DNA of 41,812 bases from a virus (Duplodnaviria > Caudoviricetes): positions 1 through 41,812 of IMG/VR virus record IMGVR_UViG_3300032253_000009. One strand, given 5' to 3'. The position numbers and the translations under genes were made by a program. Positions 9,442 through 19,307 of the stretch are shown here, piece by piece; within the stretch, counting starts at the first letter, position 1; every line of letters starts with the position of its first letter. The notes below the pieces were generated by a model that worked only from the letters and a program-made list of their open reading frames with translations, made no database searches and was not told where the DNA came from.

Positions 9442-10403
9442 TGGCTTATGGTCAATCAAGTAATATAGGTATTAGTTTTCAAAATTCTTATGGAACATTA
9501 CTAACTAATTCAGTTTATTGGATGCCGCATTTAAGTGATAGCGTAGGTAAAAACATTGAGCAATTAATGTCTGAATCAATGCGCGGTATCTATGATGAAG
9601 GTGAAACTTATGAAGGCAAGAACACGTCTGACGGTGATTTAGAATTTGAAGTTCAACCTATTCCAGTAGGCGTAATTTTAAAAGCAATGTTTGGTGAACC
9701 TACCAGTGTTAATTCTGGTGCTATTTACAGCCATACATTTAAACCGCGCAATTCTGATTTTGATGAATTATCAGCAGCAGATCCTATTACGTATCATCAA
9801 TATTTAGATACTGGATCAGCGCAGCTTCATTATGACTTAAACGCTAACACTTTAGAAATGTCAGTAGCACAAGGTGAACTACTTAAAATGACTTGTGGCT
9901 TTGTTGGCGGTAACTTTCAACAAGTAGCAGGCATATCTCCAAGCTATCCAAATGAAAAACACTTTACATGGGATGCTACAAGTCTAAGCATAGGCGGTTC
10001 AGGTAAAAATGAAATACTTGATATTTCTATTTCAGTCGATGAAACGTTAGAAGCTATGTTTACTTTAGATGGTACTAAAACACCTAGCCGCGTTAAGCGT
10101 ACAGGCTTAAGAACTATTGAAGTATCTGGTACATTAAAATTTGATAATCAAAATGAATATCAAGAATTTCTTACGCAATCAGAACGTGAATTAATTGCAA
10201 CGTTTACAGGTGCCACTGAAATTCAATCAGGTTACTACGATACTATTGAAGTTAAAATGCCTAAACTTCGTTATGGCGAACTAAAACCGTCAGCAGGCGG
10301 TGCAGGTCAAATAGAAGCAAGTTTTACAGGTAAAGCTAAATACAGTGTATCTAGTGCTACTGCAATGCAAATACTTTTAGTCAATACACAAGCAGCATAT
10401 TAA
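9441..10403 (+). CDS. Major tail tube protein
   Basis: 320 aa, YSHTFKP, RTIEVSGTLKF; precedes chaperone and tape measure; no sheath gene seen. Confidence 0.8.
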   Translation: MAYGQSSNIGISFQNSYGTLLTNSVYWMPHLSDSVGKNIEQLMSESMRGIYDEGETYEGKNTSDGDLEFEVQPIPVGVILKAMFGEPTSVNSGAIYSHTFKPRNSDFDELSAADPITYHQYLDTGSAQLHYDLNANTLEMSVAQGELLKMTCGFVGGNFQQVAGISPSYPNEKHFTWDATSLSIGGSGKNEILDISISVDETLEAMFTLDGTKTPSRVKRTGLRTIEVSGTLKFDNQNEYQEFLTQSERELIATFTGATEIQSGYYDTIEVKMPKLRYGELKPSAGGAGQIEASFTGKAKYSVSSATAMQILLVNTQAAY

Positions 10404-10423
10404 TCTTAAAGGAGATTTAAAAA

Positions 10424-10819
10424 ATGTCTGGATTTCAAAGGAATTTTAAATACATAACCACCTTCGATGGTGACAATGTAGAATTTACCTTAACAGGTCT
10501 ATCACGTAAAGATGTAATCTTACTTACTCCACTTTTTGAAAAAGTAAGTAAAAATATTACAGATGAAGAAGCTAACAACATTGCTAATACATTTATGGAT
10601 GTAGCTAAACCACATGTAGTAAGTATGGTAGGTTTAAAAGATGGAGAAGGAAATGCTATTGATGTAGATACTATGTTATCTGAACAATATTTTTTTAGTT
10701 TATCTGGTGAAGTCGTAAATCATTTAATGGAGAAAAGTAACCCAGTAATTAAAAAGGAAGATGAAAAAAAGTTACCCGAGTCCTTACCCATTACTTCGAT
10801 TCAGGCACAGGGCGAATAA
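10424..10819 (+). CDS. Tail assembly chaperone (lambda G-like)
   Basis: Between tube and tape measure; slippery site near its 3' end. Confidence 0.75.
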   Translation: MSGFQRNFKYITTFDGDNVEFTLTGLSRKDVILLTPLFEKVSKNITDEEANNIANTFMDVAKPHVVSMVGLKDGEGNAIDVDTMLSEQYFFSLSGEVVNHLMEKSNPVIKKEDEKKLPESLPITSIQAQGE

Positions 10820-11055
10820 TAGATAATTATGTTATTAGCGGCTTACTTTTATCAGATTGGATTAGTATTTTTTCATCTTGCCATAACGTATCAGATAGCA
10901 ATAGATTAATGTTTATTGCTTGGCCTGATGGTAAAAGTTATTTTGAGCAAGATAATATCTTGTTTAGTATGTTTTCTATTATACGCGGTGCTTATATAGA
11001 CCACGTAAACAGAGAAGCTAAAAAAGCAGCTCGTAAATTAAAAGGTAGTAATTAA
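10765..11055 (+). other. Programmed -1 frameshift site and GT-like chaperone extension
   Basis: A AAA AAG at 10765-10771; -1 frame open (VTRVLTHYFD...WPDGKSYFEQD...) to TAA 11053-11055 overlapping the tape-measure ATG. Confidence 0.85.
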
Positions 11056-13130
11056 TGTCTAGTAATGTAATAGAATTTGTACTAAGTGCTAAAGATAAGA
11101 TGTCAAAGCCTATGGGCTTAGCCGCTAAATCTTTTAGAGGTGTCACTAGTTCTATCTTTTCATTAAAAGGCGCTTTAGGTGGTTTAGCATTAGGTGCAGT
11201 TGCTAAATCATTTATTGATGCTGCTAATACAACTGAACAGCTTAATATTCGTTTAGGCGTATTGCTTGGCAGTGTAGAAGAAGGTAATCGTTTATTTAGT
11301 GAAATGACTCAGTTTGCTTCTGAAGTGCCTTTTGAGTTTGAAGAAATAATGGAGTCTTCAACAGCATTAGCAGGCGTAATGAAAGGCGGTGTTGATGAAA
11401 TAAAAGAATGGATGCCTTTAATTGGTGATTTAGCTGCAACCACAGGGCTAGGTATCCAAGAAACGACTGAACAAGTTCAACGAATGCTTTCAGCAGGTGC
11501 GGCCAGTGCAGATAAGTTTAGAGAGCGCGGTGTAACTGCAATGTTAGGCTTTCAATCTGGTGTAAGTTACTCAGCAGAAGAAACTAAACAGCGTTTAATG
11601 GATGCTTGGAAAGATCCACTATCTAAATTTAAAGGTGCGACTAAACAACTAGCAACATCATGGACAGGTATTATGTCTATGATTGGTGATAAATGGTTTG
11701 CTATAAAAACCACTATTATGGATTCTGGTTTAATGGATTTCTTAAAAGCTATCGGTACAACGATTGACAAGTACATGGGTAATACATTAGCTAACGTAAA
11801 AGTAGGTGCTAAAGATTTAACAGGCAGCATTATTGCTTTTGCTGATTCAGTTGCTAGTTTTATGTCTATCTTATCAACGATAGCCAGAGGCGTTCAGATT
11901 GCATTTAAGTCTGTTTACATTGTTATACAATCTTTAGTTGCTGCATCTTATGCCGTTTTTAATGCCGTTGGTCAATCCTATGTTGATTTTAGAAAGTTAT
12001 TAGATGAAGATTTTAAAGAACCTACATTTTTAAGAGTGATAAAATTAGCTTCTATAGATGCTAGAAAACAGGTAGTCGATACTAAGAATGAAATAGTTGA
12101 ATTGGCTACTTCAGAATGGCCTGCTACTGGTATTGAGAATTTTAAAAATGAAGTTGTTAGCAGCTTTATACAAATTAGAGAGCAATCAAAACTAACAAAA
12201 AATGCTAAAGATAAAGCGGCTGAATCTGAAAAAACCTATTGGAAAACTTTAACAACTGAACAACAAAACTATTTAACTAAGAATTCAGAAGACAACATGC
12301 TAGAAGTTGAACAACTTCGTGAAAAGTTAGAAGGGAAAATTATAGCGCTTCAAGAGTACAACATGCTTGAAAGTGAAATTGTTAATGCTAAATATGTACA
12401 AGATTTATTAAATTTAGAAAACTATTACATGATGTCAGGTATGGCAGATGCACAATACGCGCAGCTAAAAGAAAATTTAGAAGCTAAACATCAAAAGAAT
12501 TTAGCAGCGACTAGAAAGAATGCATTGCAAGGTTCATTTGATTTTGCAGAAGCGATAAGACAAAAAGATTTAGCAGCAGGTCTAGCAGCAGGTATGCAGA
12601 TGCTTAGTCAATTAGCTACGCAAAATAAAACAGCTTTTAGAATTCAAAAAGCAATGGCACTTGCTAAAGCCGTTGTAACATTACCAAGTGCAGTTATGCA
12701 GTCATTTGATAATGGCGGTGGCTATCCTTGGGGTTTAATACCAGCAGGGTTGATGCTTGCAACTGGTTTAAAAAATATCAGTGATATTAAAAATACACAA
12801 TACGGTGGTCAAGCGCATAGTGGTTTAACAAATGTGCCGCGTGAGGGAACGTACTTATTAGATAAGGGTGAACGTGTTATACAACCCGATCAAAATAGAG
12901 ATTTAACATCATTTTTAGGCGGTAGCGGCAGTGAGGGTAGTGGTGGTAGTATCACCATTTCACAACTTAATATAAGTGTTTTAGAAAATGCAACAAGTGG
13001 AGATGCTTTGTTAAATATGGATTCGAGAGATTTAGAAGAGGTGATAGCCGCTAAATTTATACCTGCTTTAAATGCTTTATCTAATCGCGGCATAACTCAA
13101 GATGCAATTACACAAGCAGAGGATGTATAA
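11055..13130 (+). CDS. Tape measure protein
   Basis: IEFVLSAKD start, FASEVPFE tape-measure domain, helical body, C-terminal AHSG...LLDKGERV. Confidence 0.9.
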   Translation: MSSNVIEFVLSAKDKMSKPMGLAAKSFRGVTSSIFSLKGALGGLALGAVAKSFIDAANTTEQLNIRLGVLLGSVEEGNRLFSEMTQFASEVPFEFEEIMESSTALAGVMKGGVDEIKEWMPLIGDLAATTGLGIQETTEQVQRMLSAGAASADKFRERGVTAMLGFQSGVSYSAEETKQRLMDAWKDPLSKFKGATKQLATSWTGIMSMIGDKWFAIKTTIMDSGLMDFLKAIGTTIDKYMGNTLANVKVGAKDLTGSIIAFADSVASFMSILSTIARGVQIAFKSVYIVIQSLVAASYAVFNAVGQSYVDFRKLLDEDFKEPTFLRVIKLASIDARKQVVDTKNEIVELATSEWPATGIENFKNEVVSSFIQIREQSKLTKNAKDKAAESEKTYWKTLTTEQQNYLTKNSEDNMLEVEQLREKLEGKIIALQEYNMLESEIVNAKYVQDLLNLENYYMMSGMADAQYAQLKENLEAKHQKNLAATRKNALQGSFDFAEAIRQKDLAAGLAAGMQMLSQLATQNKTAFRIQKAMALAKAVVTLPSAVMQSFDNGGGYPWGLIPAGLMLATGLKNISDIKNTQYGGQAHSGLTNVPREGTYLLDKGERVIQPDQNRDLTSFLGGSGSEGSGGSITISQLNISVLENATSGDALLNMDSRDLEEVIAAKFIPALNALSNRGITQDAITQAEDV

Positions 13131-13483
13131 TGTCTTATCTTCTTTTTATAAGTAGTGGTATAGATGTCTCATTCAATCCGGAGTATGATTTTAGTGATAA
13201 GGTAAGGAAAAAAGAATCTAAACATAGAACACCTAGCGGGCGTGAATACGTTTATAAATGGGGTGATTATAGACAATGGAAGTTTTCAGTAATGTATGTA
13301 AACAGCAGCTTTACTTCGATTGTTAATAGTTGGTGGTCTTCTAATACTGAATTATTGTTTATGAAAGAAGGTGCTACAGAAGTGTACAGTGTTCGTTTAG
13401 GCGGTACAACCTCTCCAATCTCAAAGTTTATAGAGCCTTATGATACATTGTATAAAGGCGAAATAGAGTTAGGCACTTATTAG
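13130..13483 (+). CDS. Putative distal tail protein
   Basis: Directly after tape measure; HRTPSG motif. Confidence 0.55.
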   Translation: MSYLLFISSGIDVSFNPEYDFSDKVRKKESKHRTPSGREYVYKWGDYRQWKFSVMYVNSSFTSIVNSWWSSNTELLFMKEGATEVYSVRLGGTTSPISKFIEPYDTLYKGEIELGTY

Positions 13484-14662
13484 ATGGTACGACAAGTTAC
13501 ATCATGGTTTATAGACCAAGCTGAAAGCCATACCAGCGAGCCTGTTAGAAAGTTTTATATAGGGAATAGTGATTACTCAGATTATGTACACCGTTGGCCT
13601 TCTTTTAGCCGTACATGGGATTCAGTTAGACCAACTAATTTAACTGTTAACCTTTCTAATGAAGATAAAACATTTAATTTTTTTATTAGTGATAGAATTA
13701 ATTTAGTTAATAGTTGTTCTATTCAATTAGGATATACACATATAACAAGTGGTGATGAATTAATAGACTTTTATAACGGTATGATAACTAAAGTCAGTTA
13801 TGGTAATGGCACAGCTAAAATAAGTATAGAAGATAAATTTAAACCATTATCTGAAAAATTAATAGGCACACAAGATACACCAATAGATTACACAGGCTCC
13901 AACCATTTACCAAGTGATTTAGCTTGGTATATATGCACTTCTCATGGTGGGTTAGATGCGACACAAAGCTCTGCTAATACTGATATAGATTATGATAGTT
14001 TTCAAACATGGGCAGCTATATTTAGCAGTGATGCTGTATATTTAGAAGGGCGCTTTACAGGGCAGAAATGCACCGATGCTCTTAGAAGGATATCAAGAGT
14101 AACGCGATCGTCTATTAATATAAAAGCAAATAAAATAGCATTTCAACGATTTAGTTTAGTTGACTCACTGTCAACTGTAATAACAGAAGATAGTAACTTA
14201 GGTATTACGTTAGATTTAGATGATAAAAGTATTATTAATAAACAGCACATGTTATTTAATTATGATACGACTAGTAAGTACCATTCTAATAGTTTAATCC
14301 ACATTAATACAATGAGTGTAAATAGCTATGGGGCACATGAAGAAGTTGAAAAAGATAATAAAGTTTGGTATGTAGATTCTCCATCTGCTAACAATGCAGC
14401 GCAACGAACCGTATTAACTAAAGGCTTACCTTATAATAGTTTAGAAGTTATTACAGCCGCTAACGGTATAGTTAGTGAAATAGGGGATATGATTCAATTA
14501 ACAGAATCACATTTAGACATTAGTGCAGAAACTTATAGAATAATGAGTTCTAAATATAATTTAGATACTCTCAAATGCTCATTTAAAATAGATGCTTCAC
14601 AATTAAATAACGCATTCGTATTAAATACAAGCTCATTAAATGGTTCAGATATATTATCTTAA
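13484..14662 (+). CDS. Putative tail tip/hub protein
   Basis: 392 aa; EIGDMIQLT...YRIMS hub-like C-terminus. Confidence 0.6.
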   Translation: MVRQVTSWFIDQAESHTSEPVRKFYIGNSDYSDYVHRWPSFSRTWDSVRPTNLTVNLSNEDKTFNFFISDRINLVNSCSIQLGYTHITSGDELIDFYNGMITKVSYGNGTAKISIEDKFKPLSEKLIGTQDTPIDYTGSNHLPSDLAWYICTSHGGLDATQSSANTDIDYDSFQTWAAIFSSDAVYLEGRFTGQKCTDALRRISRVTRSSINIKANKIAFQRFSLVDSLSTVITEDSNLGITLDLDDKSIINKQHMLFNYDTTSKYHSNSLIHINTMSVNSYGAHEEVEKDNKVWYVDSPSANNAAQRTVLTKGLPYNSLEVITAANGIVSEIGDMIQLTESHLDISAETYRIMSSKYNLDTLKCSFKIDASQLNNAFVLNTSSLNGSDILS

Positions 14663-14674
14663 AGGAGATTTAAA

Positions 14675-14893
14675 ATGGCAGAAATAAGAACGTTTTACTG
14701 TGATGTTCCAGAGTGTGAAGGACATTATAAAGAAACAAAATTTGGTGAAGGTGCTAAAGATTTTGGTAAGTTTATAGGCATTATTTTAAATGATGTTGAT
14801 GCGCCTATATTTTGTGAAGGACATCGTGCAATGGTAGCTGATTTTGTTGATTCATTAAAAGGCAATCCTACAGCAATTGATATAAGTAAATAG
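14675..14893 (+). CDS. Small Cys/His-containing protein
   Basis: CDVPEC...CEGH possible metal site; strong SD. Confidence 0.6.
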   Translation: MAEIRTFYCDVPECEGHYKETKFGEGAKDFGKFIGIILNDVDAPIFCEGHRAMVADFVDSLKGNPTAIDISK

Positions 14894-14905
14894 AGGTAAC
14901 ATTTT

Positions 14906-16009
14906 ATGACTTGGACAGGTCAAAGTTTTAGTGTAGGCCAAGTATTAACAGCAGCACAATTAAATAATATGCAGGCTGATATGACCGCGTTGGCTAATGG
15001 TGATGCAGGAGCGCCTGAAATAAAAGAAGCGGCTTTAGCTGCCGCTGTAATTGCTCAACTCGTTACTAATGGAGATTCACATAATCACAGCGGAGGCGAT
15101 GGTGGCACAATACCTTATTCTGGTCTATCTTTTTCTAATAACATAGCGCAAAGCGATTTAGCGGCTAACTGCACTGGTCAATCTGAAATAAAAGAAGCGA
15201 CAGACGAACAATCATCATTTTTAGGTTCTACAGTCACGGTAGATTTTACTTTAGCAGGGGGTTACTGGACATTAGGATATCAGTTTAGAAGTTCTGTAGC
15301 AGGTTGGGAAGGTAAACAATTGCATAATAGTACAAGTACAAGTTATGCTGGAATGTTAGTTAGAATGACTAATAACACAACTACAAGTACAGGTTATGTT
15401 AATTCTTACTATATAAATTCATCGCCTCCTTATAGGCTAGGGTACGGTGACATAGAGCAATTTATATTTCTACTAATAGACAATTCAAGCGGTAAAGTTG
15501 TAAGGACTTATATCGCGCCTGAAGCTCCTTGGCACTATAATGGTGATACAGATATAACTCCAAGCGGATATAATAATAAGGGAGAGCCATACAAGATAAT
15601 GAAGGAAATAGAGTATGAAACTTTCATGCTAGGAATGACTAACAAAGAAAAATTCAACGAGGAAATGTTAAAAGGGAATAAAAATCTTGAAAAATATTTA
15701 GATAGAATTTACACAGACGAAAAAATAATTGTGCCAATTGACCAGTCATTTAAAAATAAAGATATGAGTAGTATCCCCCATCCATTTATAGGCGCAGATT
15801 TAACAGGAAAAACAATAGTGGTTTTAAATCCACAATCTAAATTAGTTAAGAAGATAGCTAGATTTAAAGATGGTTTATCTAATAGAGAGCAATTCAGTTT
15901 TTCTGATGAATTCTTTTATAGTAATGCAATAAGTATTAGAAACAATATTGTTACAGGGAACGGAGGATTTCACCCTTCAGTTAAATGCGTTGATGTGGTG
16001 TTAAAATGA
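14906..16009 (+). CDS. Putative tail fibre/receptor-binding protein
   Basis: FSVGQVLTAAQLN N-terminus, HNHSG metal-knot-like motif. Confidence 0.65.
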   Translation: MTWTGQSFSVGQVLTAAQLNNMQADMTALANGDAGAPEIKEAALAAAVIAQLVTNGDSHNHSGGDGGTIPYSGLSFSNNIAQSDLAANCTGQSEIKEATDEQSSFLGSTVTVDFTLAGGYWTLGYQFRSSVAGWEGKQLHNSTSTSYAGMLVRMTNNTTTSTGYVNSYYINSSPPYRLGYGDIEQFIFLLIDNSSGKVVRTYIAPEAPWHYNGDTDITPSGYNNKGEPYKIMKEIEYETFMLGMTNKEKFNEEMLKGNKNLEKYLDRIYTDEKIIVPIDQSFKNKDMSSIPHPFIGADLTGKTIVVLNPQSKLVKKIARFKDGLSNREQFSFSDEFFYSNAISIRNNIVTGNGGFHPSVKCVDVVLK

Positions 16010-16338
16010 GTTGTTCAGTTCCCTTTTTATCTAATTGGTATCACGCAAGAGGCTATAAACCTGCATGTGTAAAACACGATGAAAAGTATGAAGAAGCTAA
16101 AAGTTATACTCATAAACTTAAATCTGATTTTGAAATGCTACCTGATATGCTTGAAGAAAATAATTCTTGGTATACTTACTTGATCGCGCCTTTTACTGTT
16201 TTTGTTTTAACGTTTCAGCCTTCATCATATTACTTATATTTTAAGAACAAGAAAAATAGAACAGGTAAAGTTTTATCTTATTTCTATTTAGTATTATCTA
16301 TTTACTCTACTTATCAACTTTGGGAATACTTAAAATGA
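16006..16338 (+). CDS. Hypothetical membrane protein with CxxHDxxY motif
   Basis: ACVKHDEKY resembles the phospholipase A2-like catalytic motif; two hydrophobic segments. Confidence 0.45.
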   Translation: MSCSVPFLSNWYHARGYKPACVKHDEKYEEAKSYTHKLKSDFEMLPDMLEENNSWYTYLIAPFTVFVLTFQPSSYYLYFKNKKNRTGKVLSYFYLVLSIYSTYQLWEYLK

Positions 16339-16931
16339 TATTAATTAGCACAGGACATCACGCCTATAAAAAAGGTGCTAACTTTGAAGGGTTCTATGAA
16401 TTTGATGAAGCTAAGATATGGTCTTCATTAATCGCTTACTATATAGGCAATAATGTAATGGTTGTTCCTAATGGCGTGCTTAAAGAAAAAGTTGATTTTA
16501 TTAACTCTCAAAAAGATGTATCTATTGCCGTTGAAGTTCATTTTAATAGTGCCCAAAGAAAGATAGGCGAAAAAACAATAGTTGAATCAGATGGTAGTGA
16601 AGTAATAGAAAATATATATGAACGTATCGGTAATGGTTGCGAAACGCTACATTATCCAGATAGTGTTAAAGGCATTAAAGCAGCTAAGCTTGTTCAATCT
16701 GCTATGGCTAAAGTATTTAAACCAGATAGAGGTATTAAAGAAGGTTACTTCAGAATGGATTCTGCTAATGGTGTAGATTACTTTTTAGCACGTACTAATT
16801 GTGTATCACTAATTATAGAACCTGAATTTATACATCATAAAGATTTAATACAAAAAAATCGTGATGATTGCTGTGCAGTAATAGCACAAGCACTAGTAAC
16901 TTTTTCAAACAACAATAAGGCTTTAAAATGA
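16335..16931 (+). CDS. Endolysin, N-acetylmuramoyl-L-alanine amidase (Amidase_3-like)
   Basis: ILISTGH...E, VEVHFNS, IIEPEFI zinc-amidase motifs. Confidence 0.85.
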   Translation: MILISTGHHAYKKGANFEGFYEFDEAKIWSSLIAYYIGNNVMVVPNGVLKEKVDFINSQKDVSIAVEVHFNSAQRKIGEKTIVESDGSEVIENIYERIGNGCETLHYPDSVKGIKAAKLVQSAMAKVFKPDRGIKEGYFRMDSANGVDYFLARTNCVSLIIEPEFIHHKDLIQKNRDDCCAVIAQALVTFSNNNKALK

Positions 16932-17236
16932 CATCGTGGCACATGGATAAAAAATTAATGGTAGGTATTATAGGTGGCGTTGTTCTAAACGCTTTCGCGG
17001 CTATATGGCAAGGACTATATATAATAAAAACACTTGATACTAACCCACCTCTAATTGACAGATTAATAGCATTAGAATATCACGCTTCGTCACATGGAAG
17101 AACCAACGAAAAGATATTAGACAAACTAGATGATGTAGTGAAGTTAGTGCATGAATTTGGTGAAGAACAAGCCAGAAGGAGAACAACAGTACATGATGCA
17201 GCTAGTCACATGAAAGATAGAGGACTTCATAAATGA
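16928..17236 (+). CDS. Membrane-anchored lysis-region protein
   Basis: One N-terminal TM segment then a helical region. Confidence 0.5.
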   Translation: MTSWHMDKKLMVGIIGGVVLNAFAAIWQGLYIIKTLDTNPPLIDRLIALEYHASSHGRTNEKILDKLDDVVKLVHEFGEEQARRRTTVHDAASHMKDRGLHK

Positions 17237-17448
17237 ACGATAGAATAAAAGCGCAATGGAAAGTAAGAAGGCGTATGGCTATTGTTGCATATGTTTTTGG
17301 ACTTGTTGTGTTCCCTGCTATGTATATAAAATACCCTAGCCTTAGCCAAATAGCTATGGCTTACTACGGCTTAATAACAGTAGTGTTAGGTGCTTACTAC
17401 TCATTCGCAACGTATCAAGATATTAAGGCAGATAAAAATGATAGCTAA
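17233..17448 (+). CDS. Putative holin
   Basis: 71 aa, two TM segments, basic N-terminus, in the lysis cassette. Confidence 0.6.
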   Translation: MNDRIKAQWKVRRRMAIVAYVFGLVVFPAMYIKYPSLSQIAMAYYGLITVVLGAYYSFATYQDIKADKNDS

Positions 17449-17701
17449 AGTTATAGGCGGTTTAACTTTATTAGGTATGATTTTTTCATCGTACTTTTTC
17501 ATAGACTCACGTTATGCTAATAGTGATGAATTAAAACAATATCAACTATTCACACAAGAGCAATTTAAAAAAATTCAATTGAAGGAATTACGCCGTGAAA
17601 TAAGGCGCATAGAATATTTAGAAGCTAAAAACAGAGCTAGTGAATTAGATAAGCAATATAAAAAAGAATTAATGCGAGATTATGAGGAACTTAAAAAATG
17701 A
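17438..17701 (+). CDS. Membrane-anchored coiled-coil protein
   Basis: N-terminal TM, FIDSRYA, charged helix. Confidence 0.5.
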   Translation: MIAKVIGGLTLLGMIFSSYFFIDSRYANSDELKQYQLFTQEQFKKIQLKELRREIRRIEYLEAKNRASELDKQYKKELMRDYEELKK

Positions 17702-18018
17702 ATCCATATATAGTAGGTGCATTAATAGTAACTCATATAGCAGCAGTATCGGTAGGATGGTATAAGCGCGGAGAAAGTGAAGCTGAAGCTGTTACAAAAG
17801 CTTATCAATTAGCCGTTAAAGAGTCTGCTAGTGAATGGCAAACTAAACTAGATAGCGCTATTATTAATGCAAAAAAAGAAGCGTTAGTAAAAGCTAAATC
17901 AAAAGTAGTAATTAAAAAGGTCATTGAATATGTTAAAACTAAGCCTAGTAATCCTGTTTGCTATGATGATACAAGCTTGCAGTTCGTCAGTGAAGCTATT
18001 AGAAGTTCCAGAAACTGA
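17698..18018 (+). CDS. Putative i-spanin (Rz-like)
   Basis: N-terminal TM, coiled coil, KKVIEYV...PVC tail. Confidence 0.7.
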   Translation: MNPYIVGALIVTHIAAVSVGWYKRGESEAEAVTKAYQLAVKESASEWQTKLDSAIINAKKEALVKAKSKVVIKKVIEYVKTKPSNPVCYDDTSLQFVSEAIRSSRN

Positions 18019-18169
18019 ACTACCTGATAAGTATAAAGTAGCATCATTTGAAGCTTTACCTGACTTGCTATCAGGGCTATCTAACAATGTGCTATTACAT
18101 CATATAGGTGCTATCAATGCCTATAATGAATGTAGCACAATGTATAAAGGGTTATTAGACTTTTATTAA
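17930..18169 (+). CDS. Putative o-spanin lipoprotein (Rz1-like)
   Basis: Lipobox-like IQAC, overlaps the i-spanin 3' end in another frame. Confidence 0.7.
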   Translation: MLKLSLVILFAMMIQACSSSVKLLEVPETELPDKYKVASFEALPDLLSGLSNNVLLHHIGAINAYNECSTMYKGLLDFY

Positions 18170-18363
18170 AATCCTACATCATTTCCACAAGTTGTACATT
18201 TAAAATGTGGTCTTATTACACTAATAAATAACCATACTGGAAGCCATAAGCCTGCACTAAAAACAGATAATAACAAGTGTAGTAAGTGATTTATAGAATT
18301 CCTAATTGTTACTTTTTTACCTTCGCAGTGTTTACAAAATTGTATCTTTTGATCAATGGCCAT
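18166..18363 (-). CDS. Zn-ribbon membrane protein (LITAF-like layout)
   Basis: CKHC, hydrophobic hairpin NHLLHLLLSVFSAGLWLPVW, CTTCG; AGGAG SD before ATG 18363. Confidence 0.7.
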   Translation of the reverse strand: MAIDQKIQFCKHCEGKKVTIRNSINHLLHLLLSVFSAGLWLPVWLFISVIRPHFKCTTCGNDVGF

Positions 18364-18373
18364 TTTTACTCTC

Positions 18374-18520
18374 CTATGTAGTTGGGTTATCTTTTTCAAA
18401 ATCTTGTCTATCTTTTATAGCACATTTATAATGTCATAATTCATTATCATCTAAATCATGTACATGTAATACTTTTACATTAACTTTCTTTTTACAATAT
18501 GGGCAGATTACCACCTGCAC
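18374..18520 (-). pseudogene. Small CxxC...HxxC ORF interrupted by TGA
   Basis: VICPYCKK...NEL*HYKC...; in-frame TGA at 18434-18436. Confidence 0.4.
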
Positions 18521-18717
18521 GATAGACCGCCACTATTACCTTTATCTACGAACACGCACTCTCTACCACTAGGCGTTTTAAATTCATAAATTTCAGCTTG
18601 TAAATTATAATCATATTGAGAATGTGCAGATTTTTGAGGATTACAACTTAACAAAAACGCACAAGTAAACATTGCTAATAAACTACTTTTTACTATCATT
18701 TTTAAATCTCCTTTCAT
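18508..18717 (-). CDS. Putative small lipoprotein
   Basis: Signal peptide with LLSC lipobox; strong SD before the internal MIVK start. Confidence 0.6.
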   Translation of the reverse strand: MKGDLKMIVKSSLLAMFTCAFLLSCNPQKSAHSQYDYNLQAEIYEFKTPSGRECVFVDKGNSGGLSCRW

Positions 18718-18861
18718 TATTAAAAACTTGCTTTACTCTTTCAACATGTTTAGTGTACTCATGTAAAGTAAGTTCTTTAGCTTTAAATCTTTTTTCAAAG
18801 TGTTTAATTAGTTCTCTATATCGTTTTAAAGTCACTTATTCTTTAGCCTCATACATTCACC

Positions 18862-19077
18862 TTAATCATTGTTGTTATTCTGTGTCTGCTTGGTTAATTT
18901 CAAATCGTTTCTTATTTGAAAAGATAGCTCGTTATACATAAAAACAACTCCAACATGGATAGCTTTAATTCTGCCAAAATCAATGTATTTTAAAAATACT
19001 GTTGGCAATATGTAAAAAACTCCATTGCTAGACGCAGTTGATTGCGTGTGCCTTATATATCTAAACTTAATCTTCAT
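18862..19077 (-). CDS. Cassette ORF, 71 aa
   Basis: AGGAGGAG SD; ends NNNND inside the repeat. Confidence 0.6.
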   Translation of the reverse strand: MKIKFRYIRHTQSTASSNGVFYILPTVFLKYIDFGRIKAIHVGVVFMYNELSFQIRNDLKLTKQTQNNNND

Positions 19078-19117
19078 GTCTCCTCCTGTTTAATTACGTT
19101 ACCACTCATACATCACC

Positions 19118-19279
19118 TTAATCATTGTTACTTTTATCGGTTAAAATGTCACCAGTATCAACGTCAACTGTTCTGTAATTAAAATCATCATCACGAAGTG
19201 AAACCCATGCCATCATTTCTGTATACCATTCACTAACAAACACCCATTCACTACCGTTAAAATATTCTAAGTTTATCAT
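19118..19279 (-). CDS. Cassette ORF, 53 aa
   Basis: MINLEYFNGSEWVFVSEW...DKSNND; start and stop both supplied by repeats. Confidence 0.65.
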   Translation of the reverse strand: MINLEYFNGSEWVFVSEWYTEMMAWVSLRDDDFNYRTVDVDTGDILTDKSNND

Positions 19280-19307
19280 ACATCACCTCAATCATTGTTG
19301 TTTAAAC

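Noticed and set aside
6069-16009. Diversity-generating retroelement acting on adhesin or fibre genes
   Set aside because: No reverse transcriptase and no template/variable repeat pair noticed
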